A DNA stretch of 64,000 bases from Candidatus Hadarchaeum sp. (GTDB lineage Archaea; Hadarchaeota; Hadarchaeia; Hadarchaeales; Hadarchaeaceae): the NCBI RefSeq assembly GCF_049969415.1, contig NZ_JBMFOX010000003.1:8960-72959 (forward strand). Direction: 5' to 3'. This document shows positions 47,430-56,302 of this stretch, piece after piece; within the stretch, counting starts at the first letter, position 1, and every line of letters begins with the position of its first letter. The notes under the pieces were generated by a model, which had not been told where the DNA came from, made no database searches, and worked only from the letters and a program-made list of their open reading frames with translations. The position numbers were made by a program, and so were the translations under genes.

Positions 47430-47599
47430 TGCGGGGGGAGGGATTTGAACCCTCAACATTCGGATATCAGACCTAGGAGTCTTCAGTTTTGCCCCTTGAG
47501 AGCTGTCCCCCAAGGTCCGACACTATTGAGCCAGGTTTTACCTGGTCTCCCATTTCAATCCGGTGGCGGCTTTCCACCAGATGGTTGAGTTACCCCCGC
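47430..47599 (-). tRNA. tRNA-Phe(GAA) with four introns (D-loop: 47553-47582; 22/23: 47525-47546; 30/31: 47488-47516; 37/38: 47466-47480)
   Basis: Spliced 74 nt: GCGGGGG TA ACTC AACCTGGGA GAGT G TCGGA CTGAAGA TCCGA ATGTT GAGGG TTCAAAT CCCTC CCCCCGC A; each intron has an inner hairpin and BHB-type junctions. Confidence 0.9.
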
Positions 47600-47736
47600 A
47601 CCTTCAAATTCTCTGTAGTTTGAAGTTAAAAAATGCTACCCCACCGCTAGATGTGCGGATGCTCCACGACCAGATAAAACCGGCAGAGTTCGATAAAGGA
47701 TACGGATTATAAGACCGGGCGCGATAACCTAAGCTG

Positions 47737-49083
47737 ATGGCGATGACCGGCTACCGGGGTGAGGTGCAGAGAATTTTGCGCGCGGCGTCGGTGAAGGTGG
47801 GCGACAAGATCAAGGCGGTGAGCCGCGGCCGCACCTATGTCGGCGTCCTGATGCCCCGCACCGAGCTGGGCGATCCCGATCATCTGGTCCTCAAGCTGGA
47901 CAACGGCTACAACATCGGGGTGAAGGTCGGCCGGAGCACCAAGGTGGCCTTGCTCGAGAGCCGGGAACTGCCGAAGCTGGCGGTGCCCAAACCCGCGGTA
48001 GTTCCGGACGCGAGCAAGCCTCGGGTAACGATAGTCGGCACCGGGGGAACCATTGCAAGTCGGGTCGATTACCGCACCGGAGCGGTCTATCCCGCGTTCA
48101 CCGCCGAGGACATCTACAACGCGGTTCCGGAGATAGCTGAGATTGCCAACGTCAAGGTGGTCCAGGCCTGCAACGTCTTCAGCGAGCACATGATCCCGGA
48201 GCTTTGGGCGAAGGTAGCCCGGATTGTGGCCAAGGAGATCAACGACGGGGCCACGGGAGTCGTGGTGGCCCATGGCACCGATACCATGGGGTACACCGCC
48301 GCCGCGCTGAGCTTCATGCTTCAGGGATTGTTTCGCCCCGTGGTTCTGGTCGGGTCGCAGAGGTCCTCCGACCGGCCGAGCAGCGACGCCGCCCTGAACC
48401 TGATTTCAGCGGTCGCGGTCGCCGCCAAATCGGACATCGCCGAGGTGACCGTGGTCATGCACGGGTCAACCGAGGATGATCATTGTCTGATCCACCGGGG
48501 AACCAAGGTTCGGAAGTGCCACACCAGTCGCCGGGATGCCTTTCAGAGCATCAATGATATCCCTTTGGGCATGGTCAGAGAGGGCCAGATCGTGATGTTC
48601 CGCGATGACTACCGCCGCGCTGGTTCCGCGGGCCGGGTCAGGGTGCAGGACAGGCTGGAGAAGAGGGTGGCCTTGGTGAAGACTACACCGGGATTGCCCG
48701 CAAGTGTCATCAAGGGCATCATCGCTTCTGGCGACCGCGGAATTGTCCTTGAGGGCACGGGGCTGGGCCACGTCCCCCAGACCCTGTTTGAGGGCATTGA
48801 ACTGGCCCAGAGAAGGAAGATCCCAGTGGTGATGACATCGCAGTGCCTCTGGGGCAGGGTCGACATGAACGTTTACTCCACGGGCCGTGAACTGCTCCAG
48901 CTCGGCGTCATTCCTGCGGAGGACATGCTTCCTGAGGTGGCTTGGGTGAAGCTGATGTGGGTGCTGGGCAGGACTAGAGATCTGGAAAGGGTTGCCAGGT
49001 TGATGCGGCAGAACCTGGCCGGGGAGATAACGCCGCGAACCCGACCCGATGCTTTTCTTAAACCTCTCTTCACGCCCGGATAG
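47737..49083 (+). CDS. gatD: Glu-tRNA(Gln) amidotransferase subunit D
   Basis: KLDNGYNIG, TGGTIASRVDYRTGAV, HGTDTM, SQRSSDRPSSD. Confidence 0.97.
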   Translation: MAMTGYRGEVQRILRAASVKVGDKIKAVSRGRTYVGVLMPRTELGDPDHLVLKLDNGYNIGVKVGRSTKVALLESRELPKLAVPKPAVVPDASKPRVTIVGTGGTIASRVDYRTGAVYPAFTAEDIYNAVPEIAEIANVKVVQACNVFSEHMIPELWAKVARIVAKEINDGATGVVVAHGTDTMGYTAAALSFMLQGLFRPVVLVGSQRSSDRPSSDAALNLISAVAVAAKSDIAEVTVVMHGSTEDDHCLIHRGTKVRKCHTSRRDAFQSINDIPLGMVREGQIVMFRDDYRRAGSAGRVRVQDRLEKRVALVKTTPGLPASVIKGIIASGDRGIVLEGTGLGHVPQTLFEGIELAQRRKIPVVMTSQCLWGRVDMNVYSTGRELLQLGVIPAEDMLPEVAWVKLMWVLGRTRDLERVARLMRQNLAGEITPRTRPDAFLKPLFTPG

Positions 49084-49089
49084 CCGCCA

Positions 49090-49995
49090 CTATAATACCG
49101 CAAGGCCTCGCAGCGCGAAGACCGCCGCCATGCTGAGCAGCGTGGGCACGAACAGGCTCTGGGAGGTTGCCCTGACGTCAAGGTTGAACCGGGAGATGAT
49201 CAGCAGGTTGGTCACGGCGGGCGGCATCAGCGCCATGATGAGGAGGGTGTTTCTCACTGCCTCAGCAGGGTTAAAAATCGCCGCCAGAATCACGGCGATA
49301 ATTGGGGAGATCACCAGCCGGTTAACCGTGATGAGGCCGGTGGTGCGGTTGCCGAAGATGAGGAAGGATTCTTTAGAGAGGGGGATGACCATGCCGACCC
49401 AGATCAGGCTCAGGTAGACCGTGAGCAGGCCGAACTGATGCAGCCAGAAAAAAGCCGCCGTTTCCGCAAACCACCCCACCACAGGCTGCAGCAGCAGGCC
49501 GAGCAGGAACCCCAACAGCGGCGGGTAGGTGGCGGACCGGACTAAAACCTTTTTCTCAAACCTCCCGTGGCCCCAGTAGGAGGCAAGAAAGACCCCGACC
49601 GTGTTGTGGAGGATCATCGTGGGCAGCGAGAAGAGCAGGGCCGCGGAGAGGTCGCCGTAGAAGGCGTAGATGAGGGGGAAGGGCAGGAAGATGTTGTTGA
49701 AGAAGGTCGAGTTGATAACGACTGTCCCCAGCTCCCTTTTGTCAGACCTTCGGGAGGAGAGATAGCTCACGCCGAAGCATAACCCCACGTAGATAACCGA
49801 GAGCAGCAGGATGTTTTCCAGTGTGATTCCGGACAGGTCGGCTTTGAAAATCTCGGCGAACATCAGAATTGGCGCCATGATGTTGATGAGGAGGAACTCG
49901 AGATGCTTTGCCTTAAGACCGAACCTGACCCGGCCCAGCAGGATGCCCAGCAACATCAGCGAAGGCATCAGCACAATGTTGGTTAAGTCGCTCAA
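49090..49995 (-). CDS. AEC (auxin efflux carrier)-like membrane transporter
   Basis: ~10 hydrophobic helices, F.N..F..P, MPPAV.N; start approximate. Confidence 0.8.
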   Translation of the reverse strand: MSDLTNIVLMPSLMLLGILLGRVRFGLKAKHLEFLLINIMAPILMFAEIFKADLSGITLENILLLSVIYVGLCFGVSYLSSRRSDKRELGTVVINSTFFNNIFLPFPLIYAFYGDLSAALLFSLPTMILHNTVGVFLASYWGHGRFEKKVLVRSATYPPLLGFLLGLLLQPVVGWFAETAAFFWLHQFGLLTVYLSLIWVGMVIPLSKESFLIFGNRTTGLITVNRLVISPIIAVILAAIFNPAEAVRNTLLIMALMPPAVTNLLIISRFNLDVRATSQSLFVPTLLSMAAVFALRGLAVL

Positions 49996-50165
49996 TTCAT
50001 CCCCCCCATCGATACTAATGCTTATGTTGGTGAAATCATAGTGAATAAGAATCCCTCTGCTGATAAGGTTATTTCTGGAGATTTTCTCCGATGGCGGATC
50101 CGTTTTCAGCGATTGGAATCCCGCTGGTACCGCAACCCCTTTACTAAAATACCTCTTCAGCAAAG

Positions 50166-52073
50166 ATGGATTTGATGGGAAAAACGGACATCGATTATCG
50201 CGGGATAGGGCTGCGCGTGGGCTTTGAGATCCACCAGGAGCTGGAAACGTCCAAGCTCTTCTGCAGCTGTCCCTCCCGGCTCCGTGACGATGTCCCGCGC
50301 CTGCAGGTGAGGCGGAGGTTGCGCCCGACCCAGAGCGAGCTGGGCGAGGTCGACCGCGCTGCCCTTGCCGAGGCGATCAAGGGCAAGGCCTTCAACTATC
50401 AGGTTTACCCCGACACCGTCTGCTTGGTCGAGCTTGATGAGGAGCCGCCCCACCCGGTGAATGAGGAGGCGCTCGATATCGCGCTCGAGGTAGCGCTCCT
50501 GCTTGAAGCCAGCCCTGTCGACGAGGTCCACGTGATGAGGAAGATCGTCATCGACGGCAGCAACACCTGCGGCTTCCAGCGGACGATGCTTGTGGCCACC
50601 GATGGCAGCCTCATGATCGACGGCAGGAAAATCGACATCCCGACGATATGCTTGGAGGAGGATGCCGCTAGGAAGGTGGGTGAGAACGGCGAGGTGGTGG
50701 AATACCGTTTGGACCGGCTTGGAATTCCGCTCATCGAGATTGCCACCGGACCGGACTTTACTGACCCGGAAAATCCGGCCAAGGCGGCGCTTTACATCGG
50801 GCAGTTGCTTCGCGCCACCGGTCGGGTGAAACGTGGTCTGGGGACCATCCGGCAGGACATCAACATCTCCATCGCCGGTGGTGCCCGCCAGGAGATCAAG
50901 GGGGTGCAGGAGCTGGGCCTCATCACCACCGTGATCGAGCGGGAGGTGCAGCGGCAGCTGGCGCTTCTTGAGATTCGTGAGGAGCTGAAGCGGCGCGGCG
51001 CGAGGGGAGCGGAGAAAAGAATAGTCGAGGTCACGGAGTTCTTCTCGAAAACCGGTTCCAAGCTGATTCAGAGGGCACTGGCGGCGGGAGGTTCGGTGCT
51101 GGCGTTGAAGCTGGAGAAGTTCGCCGGTCTCCTCGGCAGGGAGCTTCAGCCCGGGCGAAGGTTTGGAACCGAGCTGTCTGACCGGGCCAAGACCTACGGC
51201 AAGGTCGGTGGAATCTTTCACACTGACGAACTTCCCGGCTACGGCATCTCCGCCGAGGAAGTAGCCCAAGTGAGGCAGAAGCTAGGTGCCGGAGAACTGG
51301 ACGCCGTGGTGCTGGTCGCAGAGCGGAGAGAGAAAGCGGTGGCAGCTCTCGAGGCGGTAGCGGATCGGGCCAATGAGGCGCTGGCCGGAGTTCCCGAGGA
51401 AACGCGTCGGGCTTTGGAAGATGGCAACACCGAGTTCATGCGTCCCCTGCCCGGGGCCAGTCGCATGTATCCCGAGACGGACATCCCGCCCATCCCGATA
51501 ACCCGAACCAGGATTAAAAAAATCAGGGGCCAGCTCCCCGAGCTGCCGGAGAGGACGCGGGGCAGGCTCGTGGAAAAATACCGGCTGAGCCAGAACTTGG
51601 CCGAGCGGCTGAGCCTTTCCGAGAACCTGAGCTTGTTTGAGGAGCTGGTAGCAGAGACAAATGCCGACCCGACCTTGGTGGCGGCAACTCTGGAGGAGAC
51701 CCTCGTCAGCCTGCGCCGCGAGGGGATCAAAGTCGAGGGGATAACCAAGGAGCTGCTGCTGGAGATGTTCCGGTGGGTGGCGGACGGAAAGCTGGCCAAG
51801 GAGGCTGTCCCCGAGGTGCTCAGGCTGGCGGCGCAGGGCCTTGGCGTTCCGGAGGCAGTGGAGAGGCTCGGGCTCTCCCGGCTCAGCCCCGAGGAATTGG
51901 AAAGGCTGGTCGCCGCGACCGTCGCCGAGAATCGGAAGCTGGTTCAGGAGAGAGGGATGAATGCCGTTGACCCGCTCATGGGCCTTCTGATGGCCAAGGT
52001 CAGGGGAAGGGCCGACGGAAGATTGGTCCATGAGCTTTTGAGAAAGGAGATTGAAAATTTCCTCAACACCTGA
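50166..52073 (+). CDS. gatE: Glu-tRNA(Gln) amidotransferase subunit E
   Basis: GFEIHQEL.T.KLFC, LVELDEEPP, IDGSNT.GFQRT, RGLGTIRQD, RPLPGASRMYPETD. Confidence 0.97.
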   Translation: MDLMGKTDIDYRGIGLRVGFEIHQELETSKLFCSCPSRLRDDVPRLQVRRRLRPTQSELGEVDRAALAEAIKGKAFNYQVYPDTVCLVELDEEPPHPVNEEALDIALEVALLLEASPVDEVHVMRKIVIDGSNTCGFQRTMLVATDGSLMIDGRKIDIPTICLEEDAARKVGENGEVVEYRLDRLGIPLIEIATGPDFTDPENPAKAALYIGQLLRATGRVKRGLGTIRQDINISIAGGARQEIKGVQELGLITTVIEREVQRQLALLEIREELKRRGARGAEKRIVEVTEFFSKTGSKLIQRALAAGGSVLALKLEKFAGLLGRELQPGRRFGTELSDRAKTYGKVGGIFHTDELPGYGISAEEVAQVRQKLGAGELDAVVLVAERREKAVAALEAVADRANEALAGVPEETRRALEDGNTEFMRPLPGASRMYPETDIPPIPITRTRIKKIRGQLPELPERTRGRLVEKYRLSQNLAERLSLSENLSLFEELVAETNADPTLVAATLEETLVSLRREGIKVEGITKELLLEMFRWVADGKLAKEAVPEVLRLAAQGLGVPEAVERLGLSRLSPEELERLVAATVAENRKLVQERGMNAVDPLMGLLMAKVRGRADGRLVHELLRKEIENFLNT

Positions 52074-52124
52074 GCTACCCGCGTTTATTTTAATTTATAG
52101 TCACCAGCATACTTGGGTAGTCGG

Positions 52125-53927
52125 ATGTGCGGCATCGTGGGTTATGTCGGCAACCGGCCAGCGGCGCCGATACTACTGGAGGCGCTCAGGCGTCTGGAGT
52201 ACCGGGGCTATGATTCCGCCGGGATGGCCACGGTATCAGGAAGATTGGTCGTCAGGAAAGATCGGGGCAGGATTGCCGACATTGATCGGAAGCTGAAGCT
52301 TGTGGAGATGCCGGGCAAAGTGGGCGTGGGGCACACGCGCTGGGCGACTCACGGCGAACCCTCTCAGGTCAACGCCCACCCTCATGTTGACAACGCGGGT
52401 AAAATTGCCGTGGTTCACAACGGAATTATCGAGAACTATTTGGAGATAAAAAAATTCCTTCAGGACCATGGTTTTCGTTTCGTCTCCAAGACGGATACCG
52501 AGGTTGTTCCTCACTTGATTTCCTTTTTCCTCAACAAGGGCGGGAATCTGGAGGAGAGCGTCAGGCGGGCGGCTAGGAGGCTGCGGGGAAGTTTCGCGCT
52601 GGCGGTCATCAGCGCCGAGGAACCCGATAAGATAATCGCGGTCCGCCAAGATAGCCCCCTGATTCTCGGGCTCGGCAGCGGGGAGATCTTTTTGGCCTCC
52701 GACATCCCCGCAATGCTCCAGCACACCAACCGCGTGCTGATTTTGGAGAACGGCGAGATGGCGGTCCTGACCTCGGATCGCGTCGTGATTCGGAAGTTCG
52801 GCTCCGGCGCTGAGGTCAGGAGGGAGCCGATGGTGGTCAAGTGGACGGCGGAGATGGCGGAGAAGGGCGGCTATCCCCACTTTACCCTAAAGGAGATCTT
52901 TCAGCAGCCCGAGGCGGTCCAAGACACCCTGCGGGCACCGCCGGAGGAGCTGAGGAGGCTGGCTAAATTCCTCACCAACGCCCGGCGGGTTTATTTCGTC
53001 GCCTGTGGCACCTCCTACCATGCCGCGCTGGTGGCGAAATATGCTTTGGCCAAGCTGGCCGGTTTCCCGGTCGAGGTGGTGATTTCGTCCGAGTTCGGCG
53101 AGATCGGCAGCGTCGACGGCAAAACGGCGGTGCTGGCCATCACCCAATCAGGCGAGACGGCCGACACGCTGAAGGCGGTTGAGGCGGCCAGGGCTGCCGG
53201 GGCGCGCGTGGCCTGTCTGACTAACGTGGTCGGTAGCTCGATAACTAGGATGAGCGACCTCGTCTGCTGCACCCATGCGGGTCCCGAGGTCAGCGTGGTG
53301 GCGACGAAGACCTTCGCCGCCCAGGTCGCCTATCTGCTTCGGCTCGCCGTCGAGGTTGCCGCGGCGCGGGGTCGCTCGGGGCCGCGGTGCCGCCGACTGG
53401 CCTCCGGGTTGAAGTCCCTGCCCGAGATTATGCGGAAGAATTTGGCAGAACTCGACCCGAGAGTGAGGAGGCTGGCTAGCCGTCTTCTCCGCGCCGAGCA
53501 CATCTATCTCATCGGCCGCGGCATCGGCTACCCGCTGGTTCTGGAGGGGGCGCTGAAGCTCAAGGAAATAACCTATATTCATTCCGAGGGCATGCCGGCG
53601 GGAGAGCTCAAGCACGGGACGCTGGCGTTAATTGAGGAAGGAACCCCGGTGATTGCGGTGGTACCGCCAGGAGGGAGCCGGGTAAAAATAGTCAGTAACG
53701 TTGAAGAGGTAAAGGCACGGGGAGCCCATGTGGTCGCCATCGCCGACAACGGCAAGGATCTTGAGGGTCACGTTGATGAGTTGATTTCCATCCCGCACAC
53801 GGAGGAGCTGTTCAGCCCGCTACTCTTTATCATCCCGCTGCAGCTGCTCGCCTACCACATCACCGTGGCTAGAGGTCAGGATCCTGACCGGCCCAGGTCG
53901 CTGGCCAAGTCGGTCACGGTTGAGTAA
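52125..53927 (+). CDS. glmS: glutamine-fructose-6-phosphate aminotransferase
   Basis: MCGIVG, LEYRGYDSAG, HTRWATHG, TQSGETAD, ELKHG, LAKSVTVE. Confidence 0.98.
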   Translation: MCGIVGYVGNRPAAPILLEALRRLEYRGYDSAGMATVSGRLVVRKDRGRIADIDRKLKLVEMPGKVGVGHTRWATHGEPSQVNAHPHVDNAGKIAVVHNGIIENYLEIKKFLQDHGFRFVSKTDTEVVPHLISFFLNKGGNLEESVRRAARRLRGSFALAVISAEEPDKIIAVRQDSPLILGLGSGEIFLASDIPAMLQHTNRVLILENGEMAVLTSDRVVIRKFGSGAEVRREPMVVKWTAEMAEKGGYPHFTLKEIFQQPEAVQDTLRAPPEELRRLAKFLTNARRVYFVACGTSYHAALVAKYALAKLAGFPVEVVISSEFGEIGSVDGKTAVLAITQSGETADTLKAVEAARAAGARVACLTNVVGSSITRMSDLVCCTHAGPEVSVVATKTFAAQVAYLLRLAVEVAAARGRSGPRCRRLASGLKSLPEIMRKNLAELDPRVRRLASRLLRAEHIYLIGRGIGYPLVLEGALKLKEITYIHSEGMPAGELKHGTLALIEEGTPVIAVVPPGGSRVKIVSNVEEVKARGAHVVAIADNGKDLEGHVDELISIPHTEELFSPLLFIIPLQLLAYHITVARGQDPDRPRSLAKSVTVE

Positions 53928-54875
53928 TTAGACCAGCAGTCGGCCCGTTTCCATCAGCAGTTTTCCGTCCAGCGTGACGGTGGGGTTCTTGAAGATACCG
54001 TCGATGTGAATGCCCGCCTTCACCCGGCCGCCGAAGGTGGAGTTGTCCCCGAGCGCCACGTGGCAGGTTCCGAGCACCTTTTCGTCCTCCAAGACCTGTC
54101 CAATCAATCGAGCCTTGGAGTTGGTGCCGACGCCGAATTCAGCCAGGTTCCGTGCCTTTGGTCCGGCCTCGTCCAGCATTTTCGTCAGTTTTCTGGCGGC
54201 GGACCCGGATATTTTTTTGGCCATTCCCTTCTCGATGATGATTTCAGTTCTCCCGGTGGTGGTGTCGATGATGGAGCCGTCGACGACCACCCTTCCCTCT
54301 CCGGTTCCCTCCACTGGGGCGATGAAGGCCTCCCCCGCCGGAAGATTGCCGAAATCTCCCGGTCGGTGGAAGAGGCCGGTGTCGGGATGGGTCTTCCTTC
54401 CCTTAATGCTGAAGCTGAGTTCAGTACCGGCCTCTGTAGTGACCTCGACTTCTGAAGCCCGGTCGAGGAGAGCGGCGACCTTTTTAGTCAGCCGGGCCAC
54501 TTCCTGATAGTCGGCCAGCATAGCCCCTTGCTGCATCATCTCCTCGGTGATGCCCGGCATGGTGGCCACCCTGGCCCCGGCTGCGCAGGCCCTCTTGCGC
54601 GCCTGGGTATGGGTAATGGAATAAGTGGTGGGTGCAATGACCACGTCAAAATAGGTCATCGCGAGCGCCACCGGTTCAGGCGGTTCCTGTCCGTGTCGTT
54701 GACCAACCGGCATGCAGATTAACGTCACCGCCGTCCCGCGCTCCCGGGCAACATCCGCAATTGTTTCCGCGATTTTCATTTTAGGCGGGTCGGTAACGAT
54801 AAGGACAGTTTCTCCCCTTCGAATCCTCAGGCAGGTGTCGACCACAATTTTGGCGCCGCGGATCATGGGGTTCAT
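53928..54875 (-). CDS. M29/aminopeptidase T-like metallopeptidase
   Basis: GQEPP, SITHT.AR, GNLPAGE.F.AP, AE.G.GTN, EDEK..GT.H.ALG, HID. Confidence 0.88.
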   Translation of the reverse strand: MNPMIRGAKIVVDTCLRIRRGETVLIVTDPPKMKIAETIADVARERGTAVTLICMPVGQRHGQEPPEPVALAMTYFDVVIAPTTYSITHTQARKRACAAGARVATMPGITEEMMQQGAMLADYQEVARLTKKVAALLDRASEVEVTTEAGTELSFSIKGRKTHPDTGLFHRPGDFGNLPAGEAFIAPVEGTGEGRVVVDGSIIDTTTGRTEIIIEKGMAKKISGSAARKLTKMLDEAGPKARNLAEFGVGTNSKARLIGQVLEDEKVLGTCHVALGDNSTFGGRVKAGIHIDGIFKNPTVTLDGKLLMETGRLLV

Positions 54876-54886
54876 GAAAATACCCG

Positions 54887-55171
54887 CTAGATAAGTCCCG
54901 CCTTGAACAGTTCCTCACGAAAAGCCGAAAGAATCTCGCGAATGGCCCCTTCCTCAGCCGCGTGGATCTCGATGTAGCCATTCGGGAACAGCAGCAGGTA
55001 GTTGCCCCGTTTGAGGGTGAATTTTACCACAGTCTTCTTGGAGGTGGTGATGGACTTGACGTTGGGGAGCCGCTTCAGGACCTCGGTGATGTCCAAGGTC
55101 TTGTTGATTTTTGAAATTGCCCGCACCGACTTTATCTTGGGAACTTCGAAGATATCGTGAATGCGCGGCAT
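54887..55171 (-). CDS. stand-alone single TBP-like domain protein (94 aa)
   Basis: KI..V.A......LD...VL..LPN ... LLLFPNG.I.I..A...AIREIL......L.KAG matches the pattern of one TBP repeat. Confidence 0.65.
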   Translation of the reverse strand: MPRIHDIFEVPKIKSVRAISKINKTLDITEVLKRLPNVKSITTSKKTVVKFTLKRGNYLLLFPNGYIEIHAAEEGAIREILSAFREELFKAGLI

Positions 55172-55238
55172 CTCACTTACAGATGGGCTGTTTTCCTCCA
55201 CCTTAACCCCTGCTTGAGTTGGGCTGATGGCATTTAAA

Positions 55239-55445
55239 TTATACGCGCTTGGCGGCCAGCCGGATGTCCACGTCCCGCACCGTTCTCCTTCCTGCGTGTT
55301 CGGCGAGTTTCGCCGCTTCACCGGCAATCTGTATCGCCCGCTCCTCCAAGACCTCGGCGAGCGCAATCGCGGCATCCTCGCTCACACGCTTGGCCCCAGC
55401 CTTCCTTATAACCCGATCTATCGCCGCTATTGGCAATTCCACCAT
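55239..55445 (-). CDS. archaeal histone (HMf family)
   Basis: ELPIA.I.R.IR.AGA.RVS.DA...LA..LE......A..A..LA.HAGR.TV...DI.LA. Confidence 0.97.
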   Translation of the reverse strand: MVELPIAAIDRVIRKAGAKRVSEDAAIALAEVLEERAIQIAGEAAKLAEHAGRRTVRDVDIRLAAKRV

Positions 55446-55728
55446 TTTTCTACCTCCTCAGTTTATTCCAGCCATTTAAGAGCAAATTTTCTTTATTTAA
55501 GGCACTATTTAAAGCTATCTGATGGAGATTGACCCGTAAAGCGTTTTTCGATTAAAATATGTTTTGTTTTACAGCATTAAAGAGGTATCGTCAGGTTTAG
55601 GGCAAATAATTTTAAAATTTTGATTTTACCGATGTTTTGTTGGTAAATTTAGCAGAAAAAAGATTTAGTTTTTACATACTCGATAATTTCTTTTAGACGG
55701 AAAAACAACCAAATCAGATAAAATGACG

Positions 55729-56292
55729 TTAAAAAGAGTCTAAAATTTTTTCAATATCTGCAGCGACTTTTTCTGGCGGTAAATCGGTATTCAAAATGTG
55801 CCAGCCATCTTTTGCCAGATTTAAGGCTTTTTTTCTCAATTTTATTATTTCCTCAGGCGTTTCGAACATCTCGCGATCTCTTCGATCGTTTAAACGCCGC
55901 AGACATTCCTCGAGGGAGACATCCAAAAAGAACATGAATTTGGAGGTGGGCAACAGCGTTTTAAAGAATTTATAGGCCAGCCTGTCCAGCGGGGAGGGCA
56001 GGTAGGCGGTGCCCATGAGGTATCTCACCATAATCAGGGTGTCGCAGTTTCGGTTATAGTATTTGAACAGCGACCGGATGACGTCGAGGGCGTAGAAAAA
56101 TGAGGCCTTGACTCGGTCTGACTTGCCGCCGGTCAACAGCGCCCGCTTGGCCATTCTGCCGAACCAGTTGTCCTCAGAGGGATGGGACCTGACGACGACC
56201 CTTTCTCCTCTTCGCTCATATTTCCTCCGGATGATCCCGGCATGGGTGTCCTTCCCCGACCCGTCCAATCCGTCGACCACGATGAAGCGCAT
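55729..56292 (-). CDS. thymidylate kinase-like P-loop kinase
   Basis: FIVVDGLDGSGKDT, RYLMGTAY, FFLDV. Confidence 0.8.
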   Translation of the reverse strand: MRFIVVDGLDGSGKDTHAGIIRRKYERRGERVVVRSHPSEDNWFGRMAKRALLTGGKSDRVKASFFYALDVIRSLFKYYNRNCDTLIMVRYLMGTAYLPSPLDRLAYKFFKTLLPTSKFMFFLDVSLEECLRRLNDRRDREMFETPEEIIKLRKKALNLAKDGWHILNTDLPPEKVAADIEKILDSF

Positions 56293-56302
56293 CACTACCA
56301 CC

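Noticed and set aside
47553-47582. First tRNA-Phe intron is a 30-nt hairpin ending in ATTGAAA, like a CRISPR repeat 3' handle, with a cas6 in the window
   Set aside because: TTGA and AA are dictated by the BHB helix and bulge; single copy, no spacers.
54887-55375. 162-aa version of the TBP-like ORF in the track
   Set aside because: The upstream extension overlaps the histone gene in another frame; ATG 55171 with an RBS-like site is the more plausible start.
55446-55728. AT-rich intergenic region as a replication origin
   Set aside because: No ORB-like repeats or adjacent cdc6/orc1; more simply the histone promoter region.
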